Shown here piece after piece: positions 25,591-39,058 of a stretch of 64,000 nucleotides of DNA. Source of the stretch: Squalus acanthias (lineage: Eukaryota); the NCBI GenBank assembly GCA_030390025.1, contig CM059453.1:310001-374000 (forward strand). The letters are read 5' to 3'. The notes below the pieces were generated by a model. The model saw nothing but the letters and a program-made list of their open reading frames with translations, had not been told where the DNA came from and made no database searches. How positions within the stretch are numbered: position 1 is the first letter of the stretch; each line of letters begins with the position of its first letter. Position numbers and translations under genes: made by a program.

Positions 25591-25997
25591 AAAGGACCAG
25601 AACTTAGAGAGGACGCTTCCCTGAATTTCTAAAATTTCAGTTTATTTGTCTAAAGGAACCAATTATGACAACGAAGAGATACGACAAGTTTTTACATTCA
25701 AGACATTGGAAAAGCTCGTTGTTCTTGCTTGCAGTATTTTCCCTAATATTCTCCACTTCCAACTTGAACGCTTGCTGGAGTTCGATTTCTCCAATCTCTC
25801 GCTTAAGCTGCTTTTTTGCAGATGCATTGCTTCACCATGATGTTTCTACCGCGGCCCAATAACTCGGAGTCTGCTCCTGTCCTCACTGGATATCGAAAAG
25901 GCTACTTGCAGCAGGGTTCACTGAACAGCGATAAATACTATGGATGAATTGCCCCTCTCTAACCCAGGGCTCCGAGTCCATTTGGATTCCCTCAGCC

Positions 25998-26385
25998 AAG
26001 ATAAAATTCTGACAGGGCTAGACAGACTGGATGCAGGGAGGAGGTTTCCTCTGGCTGGGGGCTCTAGACCGAGGGGTCACAGTCTCAGGATACGGGGTAG
26101 GACATCTAGGGCTGAGATGAGGAGAAATGCCTTCACTCAGACGGTAGTTAACATGTGGAATTCTCTACCACAGAAGGCTGTCGAGGCCAAGTCACTGAAT
26201 ATATTTAAGAAGGAGATAGATATATTTCCAGACGCAAAAAAGGTCAAGGGGTATTGGGAGAGAGCGTGAATATGGTATTCAGATAAAGGATCAGCCATGA
26301 TCATAATAAATGGCGGAGCAGGCTCGAAGGGCCGAATCGCCTACTTCAGCTCCTATTTCTCTATGTTTCTTTCTAGGTTTCTATG
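25998..26385 (+). mobile_element. CR1 LINE 3' end
   Basis: KILTGLDRLDAG...GHSLRIRG...WNSLP plus 3' tail. Confidence 0.9.
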
Positions 26386-26917
26386 AGCGACTTGATTACT
26401 TTCGGAACTGCATTGCTCAACTGCATCGGTTCAAGCCATTGAGAGCAATTGTGCGATGCAAGTCACTGCCACCCCCCGGGTAACCTAAAGCTGATTTATT
26501 ACATAAGGAGGAAGCGTCCGCGAACGAAGGAATGAGGTGAAAGGGGAAACCGTGCACTCTGGTATCAAAGATGCCACATTTCCAAGTGTCCAACCGATAG
26601 ATACAATGTAAGGGAACTCTGACGGACACTTCACAGCCTTCTCATCGGATTAGACATGTTAAACACGCTGTACACTGATGGAAGTTTTGGACCAATCAGT
26701 GCAGTGCAGACCCATGTTGCGGCCTGTGAACACAAAAAAATTCAAGCTACTTCGTTTGTGTTGACTATTGCCTGTTATTGAATCACTCTAAGCTGCTTCC
26801 AACCATATTATGCAATGTATTAATAGACGATTAAACAGGAGAGCCAACCGGATTATTAAAGAGCTTTCACTGCAAGGATGATTCGTAAACATTTTTTGGG
26901 CAATTTGCAGGTCCACA

Positions 26918-27300
26918 TAGTGGTTGTGTTACTGGAGTAGTAAACCAGAGGCCTGGACTAATGATCCGGAGACATGAGTTCAAATCCAACACGGCAGCCG
27001 GGGAATTTAAATTCAGTTCATTAAACAAATCTGGAATAGAAAGCTAGCAAGAGTAATGCTGATCATGAAACTACCGGATTGTCGGAAAAACCGAATTGGT
27101 TCACGAATGTCTTTTAGGGAAGGATATCTGCTGTTCTTACCCGGTCTGGCCTACATGTGACTCCCGAACCACAGCAATGTGGTTAACTCTTAACTGCCCT
27201 CTGAAATGGCGGAGCAAGCTACTCAGTGAAGGGCAATTAGGGATAGGCAATAAATGCTGGCCTTGACAGCGACGCCCAAATCCCCTGAATGAATAAACAA
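26918..27300 (+). mobile_element. tRNA-derived SINE whose 3' tail is shared with the LINE end at 39262-39375
   Basis: B box gagttcaaatcc; tail gggcaattagggat.ggcaataaatgctggcctt..cagcgacgccca. Confidence 0.75.
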
Positions 27301-28384
27301 AAATATTGCACCTGTTCAAAAGGCGCCTCAGCAGCCACTTCTAAAGGGAAACTAGGGATGGGCTATAAATACCGGATTTACCAGCGACACCCACCGCCGA
27401 GAGTTATTTTAAAAATGTCCCTGCATTTTTCCAAGCAAATTTGCCAATTATGCCCCCTTCTGGACATCTTGTTTCTTGTTGAAATGTGATTCCCGCCGGT
27501 AGCACTCAAATAATCAGATCTTAGCTTACAAGATTCAAAGCGATTATCGGCGGGATTTTTAACAGGAGCGGGAGCCCTGACTGACCTTTAAGTGACTAGC
27601 CCAGTTGAGCTAGACAGCGGACAGGCTAATTGCTGTATTGGTCTTTGGTTTTTCAGATTGTTGGACAATCTACAATCGCAATTTAAATTGCAGTTTTTTG
27701 TAATTGCTCTGATTCCTCCTTCTGCCCGGGCTCTCGCTTGTTCCATGTTCTGTGTGAATGAAGGCTTCGCAATCCAGCACAGTGGCAGGCCGACAGCATT
27801 ACATAGGCGATCTGTCACTGTATCATCAGACACATCTGAGTCCAACAGGGGCAGAAATCCCGCATCTTGCGCAGACAAACTGCTAGTTTACCTCACCCTC
27901 CCCAACATAGACTGTTTAAGTATGTACAGGTGCGCTGACCGAAGCAGATGTGGCTGGAGAATGTGCTCTGCTTGATGCGATGCAACTGCTTCCTTTGTCC
28001 GTTAGATGGCGTGCGCTGTGATCTGGTCGCTTTGTGCACAACCTGTCGAAGCGCCAAAGAACCATTTGATCCAATTTGCAGAGCCAGCAAAGGACGCTTC
28101 AGTTAGCTGACGGGAATCTTAACCAGGAAACGCAGTACATCTTGTAAAGGTCCTGTCGGAATGCCTGTTCCATTTAGCAATACCTCCTGGGTGTATTATG
28201 TTGAATTAAAGCTAAGTTTGGCGATTTACCAAGGTGACTCTTTGCTTCACTTCATGCATATTTTCTGGTTGCCGTTGGAACACAGTCATTTTATGGCAAT
28301 CAACCTGCTTTTTAAATGTGACTGGGACATTGGAATCTGTAACAATGTGACTGCAAATAAATTATTGTGGAGGCTGGAAATCTT

Positions 28385-28900
28385 AAATTAAAACAAAAAT
28401 TCTGGAAATACTCAGCAGCTCAGGCAGCATCCGTGGAGAGAGAAACAGTGTTAAAGTTTCAGGGCGATGATCTTTCGTCAGAACTGGAAATTTTTTGAGA
28501 AACACAGGTTTTAAGCAAGTGTAGATGCAGGGAAAGGTGGAGGGGAGGAAAGAACAAAAGGGAAGGTCTGTGAAAGGGTGGAAGGCAGGCGAGATTTTAT
28601 GACAAAAAGCATGATGGTGCGAGGCGAAAGGAGGTGGTAATGGAACAAGTAAAGAAACAGAAGATGGATTTAGAGGGGGTGTAAATGGTAATAGCAGAAT
28701 CACCAGCAACTGCTTCCGTCTGAAAAAATGCGGGCAGAGCTTATGAACTGAAAAGTGGAACTCAATGTTGAGTGTCAAGGCTGTAAAGTGCCTAATCGAA
28801 AGGTGAGGTGCTGTTCCTCGAGCTTCCATTAAGCTTCATTGGAACAGTGTAGGAGGCGGAGGACAGAGAAGTCAGAGTGGGAGTGCGGAGCTGAATTAAA
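28385..28900 (-). mobile_element. Penelope-like element 3' fragment
   Basis: GIY-YIG C-terminal remnant LLHCSNEA..KLEEQH..RLG...LNIEF on the minus strand; terminal gatgctgcctgagctgctgagt. Confidence 0.8.
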
Positions 28901-29404
28901 GTTTGTTTCTTGCTGTCCCATCCGGTTGGGAATGCAGTGAGAGTAATCCAGAGAACAAGAGTTCAAATCCAAACATGGCAGTTTCAGAATGTGAATGCAG
29001 GTTTTACAAATCTGCACGTAAAAAACCTGGAATCTCAGAGAGTGACCTTATAGCTGGTGAATGCTACTCAGTCGAATCAAACTAAGTGCAGCCATGGATG
29101 AGAAAGAAATGCAGTCTCTGTCAGCCTCCATCTAGGTCGCGAGTCGAAAATTATTCTAAGCATGAAACTCAAGTTGAAATATTCGCACACCCAACATTTT
29201 ATTATTCCATCCTTTCAGAAGGATACAGAAGGAATCAGGATAAATATTTATGAAAGTTTAGCTGCGGTCGTGAAGGAAACTGGGGGAGGTTGTCACGAAG
29301 GTGAACGTTAATTTCACTGGGATGGGAGAGGCTGCAAAACTATCGCCGCCAGATGAAGAGAGAATCAACCCTGTCCGGCAGGGCAATTTAAGACGATAAT
29401 AGGG

Positions 29405-30665
29405 AGGGGTCCCGATCCAGAGACATGAGCAGAAACATCTAGGCTGGCACTCCAGTGCAGTATTGAGGGAGCGCTGCACTGTCGGATGGGCAGTACGGAG
29501 GGAGCGCTGCACTGTCGGATGGGCAGTACGGAGGGAGCGCTGCACTGCCGGAGGGCAGTACTCAGGGAGCGCTGCACTGTCGGAAAGGCAGTACCAAGGG
29601 AGCACCGCACTGTCGGAGGGGCAGTACTGAGGGAGCGCCGCACTGTCGGAGGGGCAGTACCGAGGGAGCGCCGCACTGTCGGAGGGGCAGTACCGAGGCA
29701 GCGCCGCACTGTCGGAAAGGCAGTACCGAGGGAGCACCGCACTGTCGGAGGGGCAGTACCGAGGCAGCGCCGCACTGTCGGAGAGGCAGTACCGAGGGAG
29801 CGCCGCACTGTCGGAGTGGCAGTACCGAGGGAGCGCCGCACTGTCGGAGGGGCAGTATTGAGGGAGTGCCGCACTGTCGGAAGGGCAGTTATGAGGGAGT
29901 GCTGCACTGTTGGAGGGGCAGTACCGAGGGAGCGCCGCACTGTCGGATGGGCAGTATTGAGGGAGCGCCGCACTGTCGGAGGGGCAGTAGTGAGGGAGCG
30001 CTGCACTGTTGGAGGGGTAGTTGAGGGGGCGCTGCACTGTTGGAGGGGCAGTACTGAGGGAGTGCCACACTGTTGGAGGGGAGGTACTGAGGGAGCGCCA
30101 CACTGTCGGAGGGGAAGTACTGAGGGAGCGCTGCACTTGTCAGAAGGGCAGCACTGAGGGAGCGCTGCACTGTCGGAGCGGCAGTACTGAGAGAGTGCTG
30201 CACTAACGGAGGGGCAGTACTGAGGGAGCGCTGCACTGTCAGAGCGGCAGTACTGAGGGAGCGCTGCACTGTCGGAGGGGCTGTACTGAGGGAGCGCTGC
30301 ACTGTCGGAGGGGCAGTACTGAGGGAGTGCTGCACTGTCGGAGGTGCCGTCTTTCGGATGAGACGTTAAACCAAGGCCCCGTCTGCCCTCAGGAGTGGAC
30401 GTAAAAGATCCCATGGCCACTATTTCGAAGAAGAGCAGGGGAATTATCCCCGGTGTCCTCGACCAATATTTATCCCTCAATCAACATGCCAAAAACAGAT
30501 GATCTGGTCATTATCACATTGCACTTTTTGGGAGCTTGCTGTGCCCCAATTGGCTGCCACGTTTCCTTCATTACAACAGTGACCACACTTCAAAAGTACT
30601 TAATCGGCTGTAAAGAACTTTGGGACTACCTGAAAGGCGCTATAGAAATGCAAGTCTTTCTTTTG
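29405..30665 (+). mobile_element. SacSINE1-type SINE containing an expanded 33-bp minisatellite
   Basis: SINE head and Deu core/tail flank the array. Confidence 0.88.
29457..30345. repeat. 33-bp GC-rich minisatellite, about 27 copies
   Basis: Unit cagtactgagggagcgctgcactgtcggagggg. Confidence 0.95.
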
Positions 30666-31334
30666 TTTTCGTCGGAAATAAAAGCAAAATTCCAATTAGG
30701 GAAAATGTTATTTTATTATTAAAGAAGAAAAAAAGTTTAAAAATTACACTGACCATTCCCGCCCCCTTCCTGCACCGTTTCGGAAGTATTCTTGCAGTGG
30801 ACAATCTTTGGGATTGTAAATCAAACTGTCTCACGAAGAGATTTTAAAATGTTAGCTGTCACTCGCTGAGAGATCTCCATTATCACAGCACCTCCTGGAA
30901 CAGTTCCATCTGTCAGAATAGGGTGAATGCCGCTGATTTTCAATTGCATTTATTTGCGGCTTATTCACTGGACTCCTCGTGCTGGAGATATCGCTCCTGC
31001 TTTCGAACCTTTGAAACACTGACTGCTGCTTACAGGACCTCTTCACTTTGAGCTGACTGGTTTGATGGATCCCCTCTCACACCAATGTTTCTATACTTGT
31101 CTTGTCTCTGTAACAGAAAGTAGTGCGTTAGGTGTGGAGATACTGAACCGGGTGAGAGTCTGGTTACTGTACCAGAATAACCCGCTTTATTCCATCACTG
31201 CCACCATTCTAATTTTCCTATTCAGCACCTTCTGCCTCGAAAAGGAAACCGTGGGCTTCCCCTGGCCCCGAGTACCGCCGCGCCGATAGTATTCGCCCCT
31301 CCTCAACAATTACCCGACTGCTGCGGGGCAGTTC

Positions 31335-31835
31335 CCGCGTGTCCCCCTGGGCCAGCTTGATTTTAGTTCTCCGCTCCACTCCCACTCTGACCTCTCTGAC
31401 CTCGGCCTCTTACACTGTTCCAATGAAACTCAACAGAAACTCGAGGAACGGCACCTCCTCTTTCGATTAGGCATTTATCAGTCTTGCAGGCTCAACATTG
31501 AGTTCAACAATTTCCGGACGTCACCACTGCCCCCATTGTTTCGGACGGTAGTTGTTGGTAATGGTTCTGCCGTTGCCATTTACACCTCCTCTAGACCCAA
31601 TTTATATGGATTTACTTGCCCCATTACCATTTCCTTTTGCCTCGCACCATCATCCCTTTTGTCATTTAATCTCTCCTGTCTTCCACCCTATCACACAACT
31701 TCCCTTTTGTCCTATCCTCCTTTCCCTACCTCTGCACTTGCTTAAAAAGTCATCGACCTGAAACGTTAACACTGTTGCTCTCTCCACAGATGCTGCCTGA
31801 ACTGCTGAGTATTTCCAGCATTTTCAGTTTTTATT
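31335..31835 (+). mobile_element. Penelope-like element 3' fragment
   Basis: LLHCSNETQQKLEERHLLFRLG...LNIEFNNF and the same terminus as the 28385 copy. Confidence 0.8.
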
Positions 31836-31959
31836 ATAGCCAATGATTTAAGTCGGGTTCGGGTCAGAGTCGGGGTTGGATATTGAATTAAGACCACGGA
31901 TTTAAAATCTGTCCGGGCTTGGACATTGAAGCCTATTGCTCACCCAGGCCCCTCGCGTG

Positions 31960-32810
31960 GAATGTTGCATATATAGGGGGTGGGACATATTGTGTCAAGG
32001 CAGGTGCGTCCCACTACCAGCATGGACACTTCTGGTGTCCGGTAAGTGACAGCAGTTTCTGCTTTAAACCCGAGGCAGAAGTTCAAGTGGCCCAGGAACG
32101 GATTGTCCACAATCCTGAACCCTCCACTGTCCACCTCACTGTAACAGAAAGCATCACCAACCTGAAAAAGTATGTGACTTACTTTGGATATAAAATTCCC
32201 CCTCCACCCGAACATCTTACCATCCTACTTAAAGCTGTAGAGATTTCACAAAAAACATTTCTACACCCTGGAACAGAAAACAGTTGAAATAGGAGCAGAG
32301 ATTTTGGATACAGTAGTTCCACCCTGGTGGGATATTTTCGAGAATATAGAGGTGCCTTCCTGGATCAGGATGGCTTCCCATCTTTTGGTGGTCTGCCCGC
32401 TCGGGATAGTTCTCTACCTGCCGTGTACAAAGTGCAGGGGAAGGGACGGGGAGCTCCGTTCCAGAAACGAAGACACGTGGGAAGTGCATCAAAATAAAGG
32501 TTATGGCCAGGGATGGAACGAACCTTGATTTTGTTTCTTTAATAAAAATTGTTGCGTGTGTGTTGTATCATTTTTATGATGTGTATAATGTGTTTTCCCA
32601 AGCTGTGCAGGGGTGTCGGACCCTGTCCGTGCTGGGATGTGAAATAAAGATTGATTCTTACCTGAATTTATATGAAACACCTCTTTTAAAACGGGAATGT
32701 AAGTTTGGGATTTTGGTTTAGGTAATACAGCGTAAGGTTGGTTTTCGGGGATCAGAAATTTTGTTCACCTGTTAATGATACTAATTCAGGTTTAGTATCA
32801 AAGGGGGGAG
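31960..32810 (+). mobile_element. Internal 3' end of an LTR retroelement: frameshifted env-like remnant and polypurine tract
   Basis: Cys-rich segment followed by WWDIF...WIRMASHLLVVCPLGIVLYL (TM-anchor-like); PPT aaaggggggag at 32800-32810. Confidence 0.6.
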
Positions 32811-34144
32811 TATAGGCTTCGCAAACTCCCCCAGAAACTCGAACAGAACCCTAAAGGGAGTGATTTTTGTACCTTTTATACAAACTTGGGATGATGGGAC
32901 CTAAGTGAAGTGATTTGAGGTAAAAATATCAGTTTTGATTGTTTAAAGATCAGGGAAGAAAAACCCTGAGGAAAATTACTTTTGAATCTTACTGTTGAGA
33001 AAGACACCTTTCACAGACACAGACAGGCTTGTGAGGGGCGTGGCCAGGCAGTGGACAGCTTTGCGTGTTGGGGCCCAATCAAGCTGTCTGGGAATTGTTT
33101 ACACTGCATTCCTACCAAGGAGGAAGAGACAAACCCAAAGCCTCACACACACATCGAAATATGAATAATCAAGACATCTTTTGAAATTCCCAGGCCCAAA
33201 CAGGATATCAGAAGCCTGAAATCGATAAAAAATATAGTACCCCGATTACTTCATCACAAACCAACCAACCAGGTATCCACAGGGACAGATTTACAAGCCC
33301 GCCAAAAACCTAGGACAATAGGGACAGGATTTGGAGCGCAGATAAAGACCTGCCTAAATGGGAATCATCGGATGCCATCAGGATATGTTTAACACCAAGT
33401 TAAAGCCATCGAAACTGACAAGCCCGCCAAAACTAAACAATGGAATAAACAGGCTCATTTGAAATCTAAAGAAACCGATTTAGAAAGGGGTTTTGGGCAC
33501 GAAACGGACAATGGGACTGAACAGTATAATTGGGCGCCGAAAACCCCAAGACAGTCTGTCTCTCTCGCTGGGCTCTCTGACAACGCTCTCAACGCTCGCA
33601 CAGCTCTCTCTCTCTCTCAGCTCTGTTCCAGCAAGACACCAACAGCCACGAGTAGGAGGAGGAAAGAAGGACAACAACTTCACAAGCAGACCAACACGCA
33701 AGAAGAAACCAGAATGACTGCCTCAGTGACCATCGGACACCTCGCGGCAACAAGGGACTTACGAAAATTTTACTCAAAATACTCTAAACGCTAACTCTCA
33801 ACTGTCAAGGATTCGTTTGGTGAGCATTATCCCTGATCTCCCGGAACCAAAACCTAGCTAGATAGTGGGATTTTTGGGAGGGATAAGGTTTTTTGGGATA
33901 TTGTTTTTCTCCCTCGAATGTACCGTGTGTTCCCCAATCTGTGTTTAACTGTTAAGTGTGTTTTAAGTTTCTTACCTCTTTTTCTTTTAATAAAGTCAAA
34001 ATTATTTTATCAGAGCCTGTTGTCTACTGCGTCTTTGTTCACCATCCCTAAATAAGTCCAAAGTCTAGAACCAGGGGCGTGGGAGCGATTCGAGCCGCTC
34101 ACTGACTCAGAGGTGAAGGCTGACCCCACGCACCACCCCCTACA
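32811..34144 (+). mobile_element. 3' LTR, about 1.33 kb
   Basis: Directly follows the PPT; termini TATAGG (from TGTAGG)...CCTACA; tataat at 33525, AATAAA at 33989. Confidence 0.8.
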
Positions 34145-34499
34145 TGGGTTGCAGTTGACTGTTAGAGGTATGTGGTTGAATATGTTGTGGGTGGGAGTGG
34201 GCCAGTTTCCAATGCTTAGAATCTGATTAAAGAACCAGATATGCCTTTTGTCTCTGTTTGAAAACAAACTTACGATCCCAGAAGAGGCAATACATTCATT
34301 AAAAATATCTATAAAATGTTGAAACACACTATGGGTCGGCCAGCGCCTGAAAGTGAAGACAACGTTTTTCATCCGTTTAATCAAATAAATTTGCACTTTT
34401 TTTTGTACTGGAGAGGGGAAATTGTGGCATAAACATGTTATAAATTTGTTAATAACGTCACATGCAGCAACATCTAAGTGGAGAACGTTGTAGATACAA

Positions 34500-34880
34500 T
34501 GGAAGAAAGAAGTTACATTTCACCACCTCAGGACGACCCAAAACGTTTTACAGCCAATTAAGTACTTTTGATGTATACTCACTTTTGTTATGTATGAAAC
34601 GTTGCAGACCATTTGAGCACAGCAAGCTCCCACAAACAACTATCTGACAATGACCGGATAATTTGTTTTGGTGATGTTGGTTGAAGGATTCGTATTGGCC
34701 CAGGACACCGGCAAGATCTTTGCTGCTCTTCTTCGAAATAGTGGCAGACTTTTATTTTTAGGATGACTAAGAGGAAGGAACGGGCCACGCTTTATCGTTT
34801 CATCTTAAAGACAGCAGCTCCGACAGAGCAGCACTGCAATGATGTGCCAGCTTAGAATGTGTGCTCAAGTCTCTGGACTT
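34500..34880 (-). mobile_element. SacSINE1-type SINE (degenerate)
   Basis: Reverse-complement homology to 19824-20290. Confidence 0.75.
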
Positions 34881-35434
34881 TCAGTCACAGCTGATTATTA
34901 ATAGCGAGATAATTATTAGCAGGTATTATTTGTTATCTCGATATATTATTAATATGGATGCAGTGGGCTCTCACTTTAGACTACAGCTTAAACGTGCAGC
35001 TGCAAACATTATAGGTCATTTCACAATACAGCACAAAGTATAACCGGATGCTGCCTGACCACAATTAACCTCATTCTGGTTCAATTGTCCAAAATGATTT
35101 ACTCCCTAAGACGTAACAGATGGCCTGCAGTCACCACAACTATTTGGGCTCTAAATAGAACCGAGCTCTGCACGCCTCTGCTCTAGAGCTGGTACAGGCA
35201 CTAGGCGTAAACAAACCCACCGCGGAGCAGCACATCAAAACAGAACAGTGGGTGAGAAACCGAAGATGCTTCATATGAACCGGCAGTATTAAACCCAAAC
35301 TGGGTCTCAGAACTAAACACACATCCCTAAACTAGTCAAAAACATAACTGGTACCTGGATGATAAAAAATGTCCCTAAATTGGTCACTAAAACCAAAATG
35401 GGGCATGAATCTGTACCAATTTCCCGAAATTATT

Positions 35435-35680
35435 CAACAACAACAATAACAACAACTTGTATTGATATAGCGCCTTTAAGGTCGTAAAACATCCCAAGGC
35501 GCTGCACAGGAGTATTTTAAGACAAAAATTGACACCGAGCCACATAAGGATAAATTAGAGCAGGTGACCTAAAGCTTGGTCAAAGAGGTAGGTTTTAAGG
35601 AGCGTCTTAAAGGAGGAAAGTGAGGTAGCGAGGCGGAGAGGATTATGCAGGGGATTCCAGAGCTTAGAGCCTAGGCAACA
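35435..35680 (-). mobile_element. L2-type LINE 3' end
   Basis: (aac)n tail followed by ttgtattgatatagcgccttt; inverse of 44690-45180. Confidence 0.65.
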
Positions 35681-35835
35681 CGTTGCTGTGTGTGTGAACT
35701 TGCTGCTGCTAATTGGCTGCTGCGTTTCCTACTTTGCAAAATTGCTACACATCAAAAGAACATAACTGGCTGTAAAGCACATTGGGGCTTTAGGTGGTCG
35801 TGAAATGCGCGATATAAATGCAATGTCTTTCTTTT

Positions 35836-36635
35836 TAGAATCATAGAATCATAGCAAGTTACAGCACGGGAGGAGGCCATTACGGCCCATCGTGTCCGCG
35901 CCGGCCAACAAAGAGCTATCCAGCCTAATCCCACTTCCCTGCTCTTAATCCGTAGCCCTGCAGGTTACAGCATCCCAAGTGCAAATCCAAGTACTTTTTA
36001 AAGTTGGTTAGTGTTCCTGCTTCTACCACCCTTTCAGGCAGTGAGTTCCAGACCACCACAACCCTCTGGGTGGAGAAATTACCCCTCAAATTCCTCTAAC
36101 CCTTCCACCAATTACTTTAAATCTGTGTCCCCTGGTTTGTGACCCTTCTGCAAAGGGAAATCGTTCCTTTCTATCCACGTTATCTGTGCCCCTCATATTT
36201 TTATACACCTCAATAAGGTCTCCCGTCAGCTTCCTCTGTTACAAGGAAAACAGACCCAGCCTATCCAGTCTTTACTCATTGCTAAGATTCTCTACTCCCT
36301 GCAACATCCTTTTACATCACCTCTGTAACCTCTCTAATGCAATCACATCTTTCCTGTAATGTGGTGACCAGAACTGCACGCAGTACTCTAGCTGAGGCCT
36401 AACTAGTGTTTTGTGCAGTTGAAGCAAAACCCCCCCTGCTCTTGTGTTCTATGCAACGGCTAATAAAGGCAAGTATCCCGTATGCCTTCTTACTCAGCTT
36501 ATCTACCTGGCCTGCTTCCTTCAGGGATCTGTGGACATGCACTCCAAGGTCACTTTGTTCCTCTACCCTATTCAGTGTCCTACCCTTTAATGTGTATTCC
36601 CTTTGCTTGTTAACGCTCCCCAAATACATTACCTT
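35836..36635 (-). mobile_element. CR1 LINE 3' fragment
   Basis: DLGVHVHRSLK and KAYGILAFISR on the minus strand; (atagaatc) tail. Confidence 0.9.
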
Positions 36636-36799
36636 TTAGATAAATAGAGAAATTAACGCTAATAATAGATGAGCTTGTGAAATTGAATTACACAGTTGGG
36701 GTAGCTAAGCAGAAGATTCAGTTTTGAGAGAGAAATCCGCTGAAGCAGGGTAAAGTAGGAATGAGTTGAGACAACTAAATCAGTTAGATTTGGACAGAT

Positions 36800-38258
36800 T
36801 AGAGCATTACATTTCTCTAGAGTGTAAGAGGAAGGGAAGGAAAAAACGGAGGTGGGTGGCAGAATTGCACAAGGAGAATATTACAGTGCTGGAGAGAAAG
36901 GATATCCTGGCAGGGGCCAAGGACAGAATCTATTTGATTAGAGTTGAGTAATAATAGAGGTGCCATTGCACTTCTAGGTGTATTCTATAGGCCACCAACT
37001 AGTGGGAAATATATAGAGGAGCAACTTTGCAGGGAAATTGCAGGGAGGTGCCAGAAATATAGAGTATTGATAATGGGGGACTTCACCTTTCCTAATATAG
37101 CCTGGGATAGTAATAGTGTAAAGGGCAGAGAGTGGCAAGAATTTCTGTAGTCTGTTCAGAACTACTTTCTTGATCCGTATGTTTCCGGCCCAACGAGGAA
37201 GGAGGCATGGCTGGATCTGGTTCTGCGGAATGAGGTGGGTCAAGTAGAGTAAGTATCAGTAGCAGCACATTTAGGGAATAGTGATCACAGTATCATAAGG
37301 TTTAGATTAGCAATGGAAAAGGATAGGGAGCAATCTCCAGTAAAAATACTTAATTGGAGGAAGTCCAATTTCAGTGGGTTGAGAATGGATCTGGCCCAGG
37401 TAAATTGGAATCAAATATGGGCAAGCAAAACTGTAATCGAACAATGGGCAGCCTTTAAAGAGGACGTGGTTTGGGTACAGTCGAGGTACATTCCTACGAG
37501 GGGGCAAGGTGGACCGACCAAAGCCAGAGCTCCCTGGGTGACGAAAGAGACAATGAGTAAGATGGAGCAGAAAAAGGACACGTATGACAGCTGTCAGGTT
37601 GAGAATACAAGTGAGAACCAGGCTGAATGTTGAACGTTCAGAGGGGAAGTGAAAAAGGAAATAAGAGGGGCGTAGTGAGAGTATGTGAATAGTTTGGCAG
37701 CTAACATAAAAGGTAATCCAAAAGTGTTGAATAGGCATATAAATAGTAAACGGGTAGTAAGAGCAGGAGTGGGGCCGAATAGGGACCAAGATGGAAACCT
37801 ACGCATGGAGGCAGAGGGCATGTCTGAGGAACTAAATGAGTACTTTGCATCTGACTTTAAGAAGGAAGAAGATGCTGCCAAATTCATGAGGAAAGAGGAA
37901 GTAGAGAGCTACTGATGGGATAAAAATTGATAAGGAGGAGGTACTAGAAAGGCTGACTGTACTTAAAATAGATAAGTCAAAAGAACCGGATGGGAGGCAT
38001 CATAAGATGCTGAGGGAAGGAAAAGTGGAAATTGCGGAGGTACTGTCCATAATCTTTCGATCCTCCTTGGATATGGGGGTGGTGCCAGAGTACTGGAGAT
38101 TTGCAAATGTTACACCCTTGTTCAAAAATAGATGTAAGAATCAACCCAGCAACAACAGGCCAGTCAGTTTAACCTCGGTAGTGGGGAAGCTTTTCGAAAC
38201 AATAATCTGGAACAAAATTAACAGTTACTGAGACAAGTGTGGATTAATAAAGGAAAGC
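36800..38258 (+). mobile_element. Degenerate CR1 ORF2 (endonuclease to early RT)
   Basis: GVFYRPP, MGDF, SDH and RPVSLTSVVGK motifs with stops. Confidence 0.9.
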
Positions 38259-38321
38259 AATGCTTAGTGTCTGATAAAGGAACCAAAAATGGCTTTTGTC
38301 TCTGTTTGAAAGAAATATAAT

Positions 38322-39058
38322 GGCCCAAAAATTCGTGAGGAAGACTTCGTGCGAGGGTAAGGCTTCCCCGCGATCTCTCACTGCGCGTTGGCTTTTTCAG
38401 TTCCAGCTCGCACGAACTTGATGTTCTGGACAGCTGCTGTGCTGGGCTTGCGTATCCCACAGGCGCAGTTAATTCGTGCGAGCTGTGGGATCACGTGACT
38501 CAGTTAGAGCCAATGGCAGCACACCATCTTCCATTCATAACTTTCACATAAGTGCTGTGAAAGCTATGAATACTATAGCCCCACAAAAGAACCGCTAAAC
38601 CTCAATTAAATTTTTTTTAAAACCCATCACATTAATAAAATAAGTATAGTTAAATAAATTAACCATTTTAAATAAAATTAATTTTGAAAAATTTAAATCT
38701 TTTAAAAAGTTATAAAAATAAACTTACCTGTCTTTAAAGTCTCTAAAAAAGATAAACCTGTTAAAAAAATTCAAAATAATACTTAATTCACTACTTACCT
38801 TGTTAAAAGTGGGTCTTACTCCTCCTTTTTTTATGTGTAAAATCTTCCGTACTTACCTGCGCGTTGAAACCACTCAGTGCACTGCATGCGCGCAGCCTGT
38901 AGCGCGCACGCGGTTCACGTAGGAACCGCCCCCTTTTCCATTCACCAAGTGCCGGTTTTCAGCGCATGCGCAGTGCATGCAGAAAACCCGCAATTGGAGA
39001 CAGAATACGCGAGAGTACGCAGTGCGTACTCTCGCGTAGCGGCACTAATTTTTGGGCC
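38322..39058. mobile_element. Harbinger-type MITE
   Basis: TIR GGCCCAAAAATT/AATTTTTGGGCC; empty paralogous site at about 34270. Confidence 0.88.

Noticed and set aside
24810-25624. 256-266 aa Cys- or Val-rich ORFs
   Set aside because: Products of a 24-bp minisatellite with few stop codons
29258-30480. 223-371 aa repetitive ORFs on both strands
   Set aside because: Products of the 33-bp minisatellite inside a SINE
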